A DNA stretch of 64,000 nucleotides from an uncultured Armatimonadia bacterium (GTDB taxonomy: Bacteria; Armatimonadota; Zipacnadia; CAVVLO01): positions 320,001 to 384,000 of the forward strand of contig CAVVLO010000003.1 in the NCBI GenBank assembly GCA_963749155.1, read 5' to 3'. The position numbers were made by a program, and so were the translations under genes. Position 1 is the stretch's first letter, and every line of letters begins with the position of its first letter. Below the pieces are notes generated by a model. It saw only the letters and a list, made by a program, of their open reading frames with translations. It made no database searches and was not told the DNA's origin. Shown here in pieces: positions 31,177-42,304 of the stretch.

Positions 31177-33003
31177 CTACTGCTCCCGATATACGTAAGC
31201 GAACCGGCCCGTCGGAGCTGTGTCGCCATTGATCAGCCAGTCCTCCGCCGTGTTCTCCTGCATGTTGTCCGACCACTTGAACCGGAAATTGAGGGGCCTT
31301 CCTGGCGCCAGACGTAGCGCAGCGCGAGGGATGGCAAGCTCCAACTCGCTTCCCTTGACCTGGAAGGTCACCTCGCCCACCTTCTGCCAGTCCCAGCCCG
31401 TTCTGGTCGCTTCAATCGTTGCCCGGCTCCCGCTCAGCACAGTGCGGTTTATCACGAAATTGAATCCCTGCCAGCCTGTCGCCGGGTCAAGATCGGTGTC
31501 CAGGAAGAGCAACATCCAGTTGGGATCGCTGAAGTGGCTGATGTCTGCGGCGCACTTCGCGTAGAAGTAAAGGTTCTCCTCGTCCTGAGTGACCTTCAAA
31601 ACTTCGAAATCGTTGCGGCCAGTTGCGTTGACGTAGTCGTACCTGCCGAAGCCAATATGGTCGCGGTGGAAGGCGTCGCCCTTGTGGTCGCGATATTCGG
31701 GCATCACCTCTGCCCACTTTTCGAAATTGCCATCCATCGTCATTGACCTCGGCTGGCTAGCGACAGGAGCAGGCCTTGCGCCTTTGAAGCGCCGGATGTT
31801 GTCAACAAGCTGCCAGTAATAGTTGTCAGTGTGACCGCCAAGCATAGGCTCAATGTCGCGGCTGTATTCCTGGCTCCAGGTGTCCACGAAGAAGGACTCC
31901 CCCGCCTTCAGAGGCCGGCCGCACATCGAAAGCTGGCCGTCACGCTCCGTGACGAAGCGCTGGGCCACCCATTCGTTCCAGCCAGTAACGAAAATGAACT
32001 CGGGGTCTACCTCGAGCGCGCGGTCCCATTGCTCCTGGAAGTAGATGCCCTGCTCAGGCTTCTGCTGGGCAGGTGGCGGCTGCACTCCCTGGCTGTGGCT
32101 GCGGCCCAGATTACTGGTCGGGTGCTGGGCTACCGCAACTGCGATCTGCTCAGGCGCCTCGGGCGACTCGTGCCAGCCATACTTCTGAGGGGTACTCTCG
32201 AGCCAGGGCCACTTGTCCTTCCCATCGCCGAACCAGCCGTTGGGGTCGCTCCAGGCCCAGCTCTGGCGGAAGGTGAAGAAACTGGCCATCGGCTCCGGTA
32301 CGTCCTGCGGGTTGGCCATTATCAGTGGCTTGCCCTTCCACATAAACCAGAGGTCAGGATAGAGATTCTGGCTGTAGAACTCCTCGTAAAGCTTCTGCAC
32401 GACCGCTGGATGGTTGGAATTCGCCAGGAAAGCGATCTGGGGGGTCTTCTCCCCTACCGCCCGCAGCTCTGTGTAGACGCGGCAGATAGCCATATAGACG
32501 CCCGTGTAAGTCAGGCCATTGGTTACGTCCATCACAATGACGTCCACGCCGGCATCCGAAAGCAGTTGGGCGTTTTTGCGGATGACCCAGGGATCGTCAG
32601 CGACATAATAACCCCAAAGCGGCTCGGTCCAATAGTGGAAAGCCCCATGCGGGCCCCATTGGGGATTATCGGGGTTCTCGGCCAGCAGCTTTGTGATGTC
32701 GTAGGGGCTCTTGTAGTCGCCCGGAGGCTTCGGCACCACGCCCTGGTCGGGCTGCATAGGGGCGCCCGCGTCATAGCCGTGGGGCCCCTGCCAGGTGAAG
32801 TAGAAAATGCCCACGAACTTGTCGTCCTTGGGCGCGCCGACCTCATCAGCGGTTGGAGTCGTGCGTCCAAGCGCATCGGTAGCTACCCAGGTGTCAGCCT
32901 GGACGTCCCAATCGGGTGCAGAATCGTTCTGTGCCACAGCGCATCCACTCCCCATTAGCAGCAGCGCCAGTCCCAGCCAGCGCAGTTGAAATAGCTTCTT
33001 CAC
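31177..33003 (-). CDS. Secreted GH99/GH71-like glycoside hydrolase with a C-terminal beta-sandwich
   Basis: Signal peptide; VGIFYFTW, EPLWGYY, LSDAGVD, FVTGWNEW, SRDIEP. Confidence 0.65.
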   Translation of the reverse strand: MKKLFQLRWLGLALLLMGSGCAVAQNDSAPDWDVQADTWVATDALGRTTPTADEVGAPKDDKFVGIFYFTWQGPHGYDAGAPMQPDQGVVPKPPGDYKSPYDITKLLAENPDNPQWGPHGAFHYWTEPLWGYYVADDPWVIRKNAQLLSDAGVDVIVMDVTNGLTYTGVYMAICRVYTELRAVGEKTPQIAFLANSNHPAVVQKLYEEFYSQNLYPDLWFMWKGKPLIMANPQDVPEPMASFFTFRQSWAWSDPNGWFGDGKDKWPWLESTPQKYGWHESPEAPEQIAVAVAQHPTSNLGRSHSQGVQPPPAQQKPEQGIYFQEQWDRALEVDPEFIFVTGWNEWVAQRFVTERDGQLSMCGRPLKAGESFFVDTWSQEYSRDIEPMLGGHTDNYYWQLVDNIRRFKGARPAPVASQPRSMTMDGNFEKWAEVMPEYRDHKGDAFHRDHIGFGRYDYVNATGRNDFEVLKVTQDEENLYFYAKCAADISHFSDPNWMLLFLDTDLDPATGWQGFNFVINRTVLSGSRATIEATRTGWDWQKVGEVTFQVKGSELELAIPRAALRLAPGRPLNFRFKWSDNMQENTAEDWLINGDTAPTGRFAYVYREQ

Positions 33004-33019
33004 GAGTGCCTCCTTCGAA

Positions 33020-35061
33020 TCAATCGAGCAGTGCGGCCTGCATACGCAGTGTCTCGGCGCGTTTCAGAATCACTTCGGCCAGCTTATGAGAGTTGGTCTC
33101 CAGCCGCGCCAGGGAGCCTGGGCTGAAGAGCTTTACCCATTCGGCCGGGACGTTACCGGCGCCGGAAAGGGTACCCGCGAACATCGCCGCGCGCCCGCAG
33201 GTGGTGTCCGCATCACGGCCGATATTGGCCCCGCCGATTGCTGCCTGCCTGACATCGCCCTTCGAGATAAGCAACATCGCAAGCGACAGGCCAAACAGCT
33301 CGAGCGGGTCAATGTGATGGTACATTAGACACTTCTCGTACAGCTCTGGTCGCGCCGCCAGGGGGTCATCGTAGCGAACGGCGATGTTCAAAACACTCTT
33401 CCAGATAATCGTAGGCGCTGTTGAAGCGGGTCTTGTAGAAGACTTGCAGCGGCTCTTTGGGTGCAAAACGCAATATGGTGTTGCAGACGTCCGCAACAGT
33501 CGCGCCAGGCTGCATCGCCCTGGCAACACCTGCCGCAAGGAGCGAGGCGGCCAGGTTGTCGAGGCCTCTCTGGTACATATACGAGATGCACCTGGCTTCG
33601 TAGAAAGCCGCTTCCGGGTCACCTGCGTTGAAGAGGCCGACAGGCTCCATACACATCACGGTAGAGCCGGTCACCTGTGTCCAGTGGCCAGTGATACGCG
33701 GATCCCAGCCAGCCTTGATAAGGTCGTAGCAGTGGCCCATACAGTTGACGAAGAAATGGTCTCGGTTGAGTCTGTCGCGCCAGGTCTTGCCGAAGTCGCG
33801 AGCCATTATTGGACGGTCACAATCGATATAGGTCTCCACCAGGTGCATGGCCATCTGGTTGTCGTCTTCGGACTCCAGCCGTGAGGGGTCGAGGATACCC
33901 TGGATACCACCAGGATACTTCTCATCCACTTCCCACCAGAAGGCGCCCTCGACAGGAGAGCCCATCGCATTGCCAATCGCACCCGCCAAAAGGCAGCCGT
34001 AGACCTTGTCGAAGAGCAGCGTCTCGCCTTCGGGGAGGAGTTCTTCAAGTTCGGTCACAGTCTCGGTGACGATTCCAGCTCCCTGCAACCGCGCGCGAGC
34101 AACTGTCTCAAGAGGCATCCACCCGGCGGCCAGCGGTTCGCCCCACTCTCGCCACTCGGCAGGTAACCCTTCAAGGCCATGCAGCGCGCCAAGGGCGGCG
34201 CCCGCGATGACGGCGCTAACCTCACAGGTGCTCTGAGGCGGCCCGGTCAGGACGCCCATCAGTTCAGTTGGAGAGTCGCCATACAGCCACATCACAGGCA
34301 GCAGCTGGCCGATGGGATCAGGATCCCAATAGCCTTTCAGGGCCGGATTACCGAGGGTCGCGCCATTAGCGAGCCAGCGCGCCAGGAAGCCGCCCTCATC
34401 GTTCACCGCGCCCCACTTGAAGGGGGTGTCCAGCTCGTAGAAAAGGTCGCCGCAGAACTCTCGCGCAAGCTCGAGGACGGTCTTCACCATCCCTTTGGGG
34501 GTAGCGCCAGGCACGAAGGCAGCCGCGATAAGGGCGGCCGAGAGGCCCGCCCAGTCAGCGCCGAGGCGCGGGGCGGTCGTGGAAGCGATTTCCACCCCGT
34601 CGAGATACGCCAGGCACCGGGTCCCCCGCATGGAAAAGTCCAATAGCGGGCATCGCAGCGGTGATATGACCCGAGGGCACGTTGCCGTGACCGACCAGGC
34701 GCGGATTCATCCCCTCGGCGAGCAGTTCCTGGCTGGTATGGAGCATATCCCAGGCAAAGACCGGGCTGGCGACGCCTTCATCGGTTGCGAACACGCGCCC
34801 GAAGTCCTCGGGGGTAAGCCTGCCGTTCGAGGCCAGGCAGGCTGTGATGGCAACGTCGATGAGGGGAGTCATCGGAGCGGACCACTGGCGGTTCGCTTCG
34901 GGCTTCCAGTCGAAGTTGGGCTTCAACTGAAGGCGCTTCATATCTGCTGGAGCCGTGATGTTATACTGCGGCCCCCCAAGAGTGCGGGCAAAACCGAGCT
35001 GCGCGCCAATGGCAGCGCCCACGAGCGCGCCTTTGGCTCTGTCAGAGAAGTCTTTTACCAA
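33020..35061 (-). CDS. ADP-ribosylglycohydrolase-family protein with a degenerate N-terminal copy of the domain; frameshifts at about 34620 and 33375
   Basis: RAKGALVGAAIG; KVYGCLLAGAIGNAMGSPVE; SEDDNQ; NIGRDADT; TTG start at 35061 after GGAGGT. Confidence 0.8.
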
Positions 35062-38000
35062 GTTATTTCGTACCTCCCGGCGCCGGCGATCCCGGCTGTA
35101 AAGGTGAGCCAATCCTGGCTTATTTCGAATTGGACCGGCCCAAGGTCGGCTTGATCGCCTGCGGCAAGCGCCCGCAGCTTCACACTGGCAGGGGCAGGCT
35201 CTCCAGCCAGCTCTGCCAGGTTGAGTCGTATGGTGAAGGCTTTCTCGCGCGGGTAAGGGAAGAGGACCAGCTTGCGGTCGCTCTTGCTCAGCTTGAAGGA
35301 GCCATCGGTCGCGACTTTGCCGAAGTCAACCAAGGTGCCTGCGGGGTTGAGCCCCTCGGTGAAGTCAAGAGTAGCTTTGCCAAGGGCCGCCTTTGCCTCG
35401 AGCGCTGGATCCAGTTGGATATCGGTGATCTGGCCGGCTTCGCGCGTCACCAGCAGGTTGCCCAGCAGCACGCGCCCGCCTGGCAGCACGGGACCTGAGA
35501 GGTTGAGGCGTTCGCCAGAATGCAGGCCGATAACAAACTCGTAGCTGGTATTGGTATCTGCCTCAGGCGCCTCGATGATATACGGCCCGTCCTGGATTAT
35601 ATCGCCTGGCTTCCACTGGCTGGTAGGCACAGGCGGGTCATGGTCCTGCTGGAAGATAATGGTTTCGCGCGCCTCTTTGCGGTCTGACAGGAAGTGCACG
35701 AAACTGTGAAAGTCACGCGGAATCGTATCGTTCACGCGCCATTCATAAACGACCTGGAAGCGGTTGCCCCCCAGATACTGGAAATCCGCGAGCACCGGCT
35801 CGATTTGCTTCGGCGGATGGGCGTAGGGCATATCGAAAGAGGTCCTGGCGTCCGCGAACAGGAAATCGGGGCACTCGGAATAATCAGCCAGCACGCTGCC
35901 ATGCAGGCCCGAGAAGACCTCCGTGCCAGGCCCGAGGGCCAGGATACCCCCACTGGGGCAAGGCGCGCCCTTCGACTTGCCAGGACTCCTGGTTCCAGTT
36001 GACCCAGAGGATAAGCCCACTGTCGTAAGTGATACGCTGGCGGCTGGTGTCGCCGAGGGCCAGGGCGATCTCAATCGGCACCAGTTGGCCCTGCACTTCA
36101 TAGCTGATATCGGTGACTTTGGCCGTCCCATAGAGCCGCTGGGCAGGATGCATCATATGATGCTCTTTGGCGACCCATTGCACATCATCGGTCACCTGGC
36201 TGCCGACGAAGCCAGCGTGGCCATAAGCCAGCTCCTGGGCGCGGTATTTGTCCACCTGGCGCGGGGTGCCCACATTGAAGCCCCACTGGCTGGAATAGCC
36301 CTGGCTGAACCAGCGCTCGTAATAGCCCATCCCGTGGTTGACCATCTGGGGATGTACCTTGAGCAAATCAAAGTCCAGCAGCGGATTATGATGCTCTCCC
36401 CCGTTCACCTGAGCCTCGGTGCCGTCCACAACCCCTGCCCAATAGGCGTGCTGGTTGCCCTCGCCGAACAGCGGCCCCTGGTGAGTGTCGCGTTCATACT
36501 GGAAGAGCTCCGAGTCGCGCAGCACCTTGAGCTGACACATCGCAGCCATCGGCTGGGAAGCCTCGTGATCAAGCTGATGCCAGGGGGGCACGCAACTGTG
36601 GACATCGAGATAGGCGGCAGTAGTCTTGTAGGTGTCGTGGATATAGGGAGAGTTCTCCATCGCGTAGCCAAGCGCGCGATTACACTTCAGCCCAAAGCTT
36701 TGGCACCTGGGTGCCCTCGTTGAACCAGGCGAGTGAGTTGGAACCATCTTCTCGCAGCACAATTGCGCTCGGATCATAGGAGGGCGCATCGGGATAGAGG
36801 TCTATGTAGTTCTCGTGCAGAGAATTCAGATAGCCCACTTCGAGCGCGGCGTTGCCGTATTCGATCATCGCCTCTTCAGGCCCGAACTGCGGATCGGCAG
36901 GGATGTGATCCGGCAGTTTTACGTCGTAGCCATAACGCTGCCAGACGTGATTTATGATCACGGCGTGGTCTACGCCATTGTCTTTGAGGTCGCGCAGATT
37001 GGCCGCATCGCCAATGTAGGTGCCCTCGTGGTGCTTCCAGATATCCAGCATGATGCAGGGGCCGAGGGTAGCAAGATAGGTCGAAGGCTGCCAGGGGATA
37101 TTGGGCAGCACCTCGGCAAGCCGGGGCGAAACAGCGATGTAGCCTTCCTCGTGCAGGGGATTGCGGTTGCCCTCGGTCGTCTTGTCATAGTAGGCAATAT
37201 CTTGCGGACAGTGGGAGGAGCTAGTCTTCGTCCAGTCCAGATAACGGCAGGCAAAGGCTGACTCCGAGAGCAGCATATCCACTTTGCCAATCGGCATATA
37301 AGGCACATAGAACTGCCTGCGCATCCCAATCCCGGCGGTATTGCCCAGGCCAAAGGCGCGGATACGGGCATCTTCGGTGTCGGCAACAACAGTCAGGGCT
37401 TTGCCCTCGATGCCGAAAGTCCAGGTTAGCTCGAGGGGAGTTGCCCCGCACTTGTATTCCCAGACTGCGACCAGTTTTTCACCCTCAGGAGCGGCCTGAC
37501 AGGATATGAGTCTGGCATCGGAGGCCGCCTCGAAAGTGTCGGGCTTATCCGGGTCAGGGGCAAAGAGCAACTGGGCGCCCGCCATAGGGCGGAAGGTCGC
37601 GCCTTCGCCCAGGCGACATGTGAAGTCCTCCAGCCGACCTGTAGTTGGCACGTAGGTATAGACGAGGTTGCAATCGGCGCCCTGGTAGGCGAACTCCCAG
37701 GTCTCGCCCACCTGCCTTAGGGTGCTTGTATGCTCAAGCAAGTTGCCTGGAAAGATGCTGCCTGGCCGATTTGCGCAGGGCACCAGGCTCGCGTTGCGGG
37801 TAGCTTGAAGGGCCTTGCTATCCATAAGCTGAGCCAGCAGCGCTGCCTCGCCGGTTTTCTCGGAGCCTATCGTCAGCTTCGGAGTGCCAAAATAGGAATA
37901 GTCCCAGCTCGCATTGTTATCCGGCCCAGGCTCAACCTGCAGGCGCAGGCCAATCGTGCGCCCAGCATAATCGGACAGGTCGAAGGAGTAGTCTTTCCAC

Positions 38001-38461
38001 TCGGCCTCGACCTGGTGATAACGCATCAGCTCCTGCTCTGTGCCCTCTGCGACCAGATATGCGCTGAAGGTAACGCCATCGCTGCGGTCTGGCACGGCGA
38101 CATCGGCCCTCATTGCGATGCCGAAGCTGAGAGCAATCGGCGTCACGTCCGGCAGGCTCACGGTGTATTCGACGAACATCCGGCCCGGTGGGACATGCCA
38201 CGGAGAGTGCAGAAGCAGGCTCTGGCGCCCCTGCACATAGTCCGAGGGCACATACGAGATGCCTGTCTCGGTCTCGAAATGGCCCGTCCAGTCGGGTGGC
38301 ATCAGCACAGTCTGCTGACCATATGACTGATAGCCGACCGTATACTGGCCGATATCACCTAGAAACACTTCGCCTGGCGGCAGAGGGACAGGCGCAGAGA
38401 GCGCCGCTGAGGCGAAGAGGAGAATCAGCAGGCAAAGCGCGAGTGGGGCACTAGCTGACAT
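35055..38461 (-). CDS. Large secreted hypothetical glycoside hydrolase (DUF5696/GH129-like region); frameshifts at about 36705 and 35945
   Basis: Signal peptide after AGGAGG; HVWQRYGYD..LPDH.P, LHENYID.YPD, AYLDVHS, GPLFGEG. Confidence 0.6.
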
Positions 38462-38533
38462 AAGAGCTTCCTCCTGGGGCAGCAGTAGCTGGCCGAAGCC
38501 AAATTGGACATACAAGCTGCCTTTCCTGCCGCC

Positions 38534-41500
38534 TCAGGTGTCAAGCAAGCGCGAAAGCCTCAGGCAGAGAGCAGGCTCAAGCTCCTTGAGCTGATGGTCT
38601 TCAAGCAGCTGGAAAGCTTGCGAAGCGAGCTGGAAGGCCGCTTCTCTTTCGCCAAGTGCCTCGGCTACCTCCGCCTGGCCTGTAAGGGCGAGGGTTTGCT
38701 CTTCTATATAACCGTTGGCCAGCGCAAGCTGGAGAGCCTCGGAGAGAGGCGGAAGGGCCTCCGAAAAACGCTGCCAGCCGATGAGAAGCGAAGCCTGATG
38801 GAGCAGCGCAAGGGCGATGCCCCGGGCGTTATGCGCTTCTCGAGCCAGGGCGAGTTGCTGTTCGTGCAATAGCCAGGCTTCCTCGGGTTGCCCCAGGCGC
38901 GCCAGCACTTCGCCGCGGTTGCCAAGCGAGCGTACCAGACCCCGCTTGTTGCCGAGTCGTCGGCAGAGGGCTTCTTCCTCTTCGTGGAGGGCAAGCGCCT
39001 CTTCCAGCAGGCCAATTTTCGCCAAAGCCATCGCTCTGGTGCCGAGGGCCATCCGAAGGCCCTCCAGGTGACCGAGCCGGCGGCAAAGCTCCTCCTGCTC
39101 GCCTAGCAAAAAGAGCGCGGCATCTTCCTGCCCTAGTTGCAGAAGCACCAGGGCCTGTTCATGCAAGGCCGATTGCAGCTCTGCCGGGCCGCCAAGCTTC
39201 CGGGCGAGGGCTTCTTCTCTTTCGAGCAAGGCAAGCGCCTCGCGCAGTCTGCCCTGCCTGGAGAGCAGCCTTGCCTGGTCGCCAAAGCAGGCGAGCAATC
39301 CCCGCTCATCGGCCAGTTGCTCGCACAGGGACTGCTGGCGCTGAAGGAGCTGCCAGGCAGAAGCCACATCGCCCCTGGTATAGTGCAGCAAAGCTTCATG
39401 GCCAAGCGTGGCCTCGAGTTCGGGCAGGCGTTTGGCGCGTCTCGAAACGTTGTTCCAGTTCGGCGAGCAGGGCAAGTGCCTCATCTGGATGGCCGAAGTC
39501 ATCGAGGAGATGGGCCGCAGCGTGCAGCACGCCTTCTGCAAGAGCTTGCCTGTTATCAAGGAGAGGGGCAAGTGAGGCAACCAGGTCGCCCTCTCCAGAG
39601 GCTTCAAGGCGAGCCCAATAGCCTTTGAGCTCGAATTCGTCCCTTGCCCAGGTCGCTTCGAGGATATCCGGCTGTGCGAGCAGGCGCGCGAGTCGTTTGC
39701 CCTGTCCGGCGCGATCGAGTTGCCAGGGCAGTTCCTCTACCTGTCTGTCGTCCAGAGGGCGCGCCTCGAACCAGTCGGCCAGTGAGAGTCGCCACCCAAG
39801 GCCAGCGTCTATTGCCCAATAACGCTGTTCGACGGCGGTTTTGAGCGCGCGATGATAGTAGTCTACCTGTCGGCCTCGTCTCAGTAGCCAGGGGCGAAGC
39901 TGACGCAGGATGACCTGGAGTTCGCCCCGGTCGTCTTGCTGAGCGGTCAGCGAGGCAAGCTCCATCTCGGAAAGACCCGCGCGCGAAGCGGCCAGCAGGC
40001 AGGTCAGCGCCTCCACCAGGGGGGCTCGGAAGTCAAGCTCCAGTCGCTCCAGCACCTGCCCGAACAACCCAGTGACATCAGAGGCCTCGGCGAAGCGATG
40101 GAGGCGCGATTCCAGTTGCTCGAAGGAACCAAAACCACGCAGCTCTTCGAGCGCAACCTGCAGGTAGAGTGGATTGCGCGCGCCAGTATTCGCAAGCAGC
40201 AACGCTTTCTGTCCTTCTTCCAGCGTCTTGGCCGAGAGAGAAGGCAATTCCGCAAGCAGGATTGCTGCCTCTGGCTGGGCAAGTGGGGCAAGCTCGAGCA
40301 CTTCCGCGCCTCTTTTCCTTGCCTCTTCGACAAGAGGGCCCGAGGTACAACTCGCCAGGAGCTTCACGTTGGGAGGCAGCACTTCTGGAAGCCACGGCAA
40401 TCCCAGTTCGAGGTCCCTCTGGTCGAGTTGATCGAGGCCATCGATAATCAGCAGCACTTTTTCGCTCTCGGCCACCAGTCCAAGCGCAGTGCGGAAGGCT
40501 TCCGGCAGGCGCGCGGGGTCTTCAGGCACTTCCATTGGAAGACCGAGAACCTCAACCAGTTCTTGCGTGAGGCGCGCAAGCAATCTCGGCAGGCTGGTAG
40601 ATGCCGCGCTGGCGCCAACAAAATGGGGCACAACGAAAAAGTCAGGCTTATACGCAGCCCAGTCTACATAATGGCGAGCGAGAAGGGCCGACTTGCCAAC
40701 GCCAGCTTCGCCCGTGACAAGCAGAGGCTGAGCGGCCTCGCTGGCGCAAAAGGCAGCAAGTTGCGCAAGCGGCTCCTCCCTCCCCACAAAGACACGCAAG
40801 AGGGCCTCCGCAAAGAGTGAATGAGCGGCGAGTTCACCCGCAAGGGGCAGTTCTGTAATCTCGCCAGTCGTCCCTGCTACCTCGGGGTACCGTGCCGAAA
40901 TGGCCGACCAGAGGTCGTTTTCGACCCTTGTGCCGAATTCTTCGAGGCCGGACAATAACAGTGAGCCATGTTCGAGGAGAGGACTTCGGAGGGCGGCGGG
41001 CAGGGCCTGCCATTCTGCGGGAGAGATAGTCCCATCGCGCGCAAAGGCTTCAAGCCCCTCCAGTTGCGGAGTTGAAAGCAAAGGAGCCACGAGGCGCCAG
41101 TCGAGTTTGAAACCCGCCCAATGGGCTGTATAGCCCTCCATCAGAGGGAAGCCTGACTCGCGCAACCGCTCCTTAAGAACGGCAAGCTTGGCGCGCGCGG
41201 CTGGCTCCTCATCTCTCAGGAGGGGAAGCGCCTCCGCAGGCACCTCGTCCAGCAAGGCCGGATCACGCAGGTAGAAGAAGCTTTGCCCCTTCATTGGGGG
41301 ATTGAGCAGCACGCCATAGACTATCTCGAGCGCCGTAATCGAGCTGCCAGAATAGTCTTGCACCCAGGAATACCGCTGCAGTGTTTCGGGATTTACCCGG
41401 TTCGGCAACCAGCCATAACGCTCACCCAGCAGGCCCAGGAAGTAGGGACGCGTATCACTGGCCTCGGGACGGCAGCGGTCTATCTCGGCAAGGCAAAGCT

Positions 41501-41693
41501 CCAGGACTTCATCTTTCTCGGCTTGCTGACGAGTAACACCCCACCGCAGGTCAATATCGGTGAAGTAGATACGATGAGCAGCGAGACGCTCGCGCAACTT
41601 GGGAAAGACAACCTTCACCAGCCAGTCACGTTCCGCGTGCATATCGCGGAACGTTGAGCTGATGAAAACGCGCACCTCTCGCCAACGCGCCAT
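38534..41693 (-). CDS. DUF4062 (TIR-like)-NACHT/STAND ATPase-TPR protein of NPHP3/TEP1/NWD-like type; frameshift at about 39420
   Basis: VRVFISSTFRDMHAERD, IDLRWGV, CLAEIDRC, LLGERYGW, SITALEI; Walker A GEAGVGKS; Walker B LIIDGLDQ; NPLYL; ~40-aa TPR repeats (LCRRLGNKRGLVRSLGNRG). Confidence 0.9.
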
Positions 41694-41716
41694 CGGCGCC
41701 TCCTCGATGTGAGAGG

Positions 41717-42304
41717 TTAGCCTTCCGGCAGGTTGTGGATTACCAGGGCGCCCTGCTCGGGCCCGAGGCTGGTGGGAGTGCTGGTGCCAGGGATGCGGTT
41801 GCCAGCCTTTATGTGGAGCACTGGTTTACCGGCAGCAAGGGCTTTGGCGACGATCTCGCCAGTGCCTCCCTGCCCCTGAGCGCCCTGGCCATCCCAAATC
41901 GCCACCAGCACGTCCGAGTGTTCGAGGACATACTCGCCCGCCCTCGCATAACCTTCGTTGCGTTCAGCCGCCTCGGGCATCACGACGACCTCGCGGGCGT
42001 GTTCGAGTAGCCTGTCAAACTCGGCCAGGGATTCAGGAGTCTCGAAATCCTGCTCGTATTCCATCTGATCGAAGGGCAAGACGGCTACAAGGCCGCCCCC
42101 AGGGCGATCAATTACCGCCTCGGCGACCAGCCTGTCGGCGCCTTCGGCCAGGGAGGAAAGACAAACAAGTTCGCTGCCCCGGAAGGTGTCTTCCAGCAGG
42201 TCGAGCGCGCGTTCGAGACTGGCCAGCAGTCTGGGCAATTCGGCCAGGAACCGATGGCCGGTGATACCGACATACAAGGATCCAGTAACTTGTTGCATCG
42301 TCAC
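41717..42304 (-). CDS. Stand-alone SLOG (SMF/DprA-LOG, YpsA-like) nucleotide-binding protein
   Basis: VGITGHR, SSLAEGADRLVAE, AVLPF, YARAGEYVLEHSDVLVAIWDG, GGTGEIV. Confidence 0.8.
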   Translation of the reverse strand: MTMQQVTGSLYVGITGHRFLAELPRLLASLERALDLLEDTFRGSELVCLSSLAEGADRLVAEAVIDRPGGGLVAVLPFDQMEYEQDFETPESLAEFDRLLEHAREVVVMPEAAERNEGYARAGEYVLEHSDVLVAIWDGQGAQGQGGTGEIVAKALAAGKPVLHIKAGNRIPGTSTPTSLGPEQGALVIHNLPEG

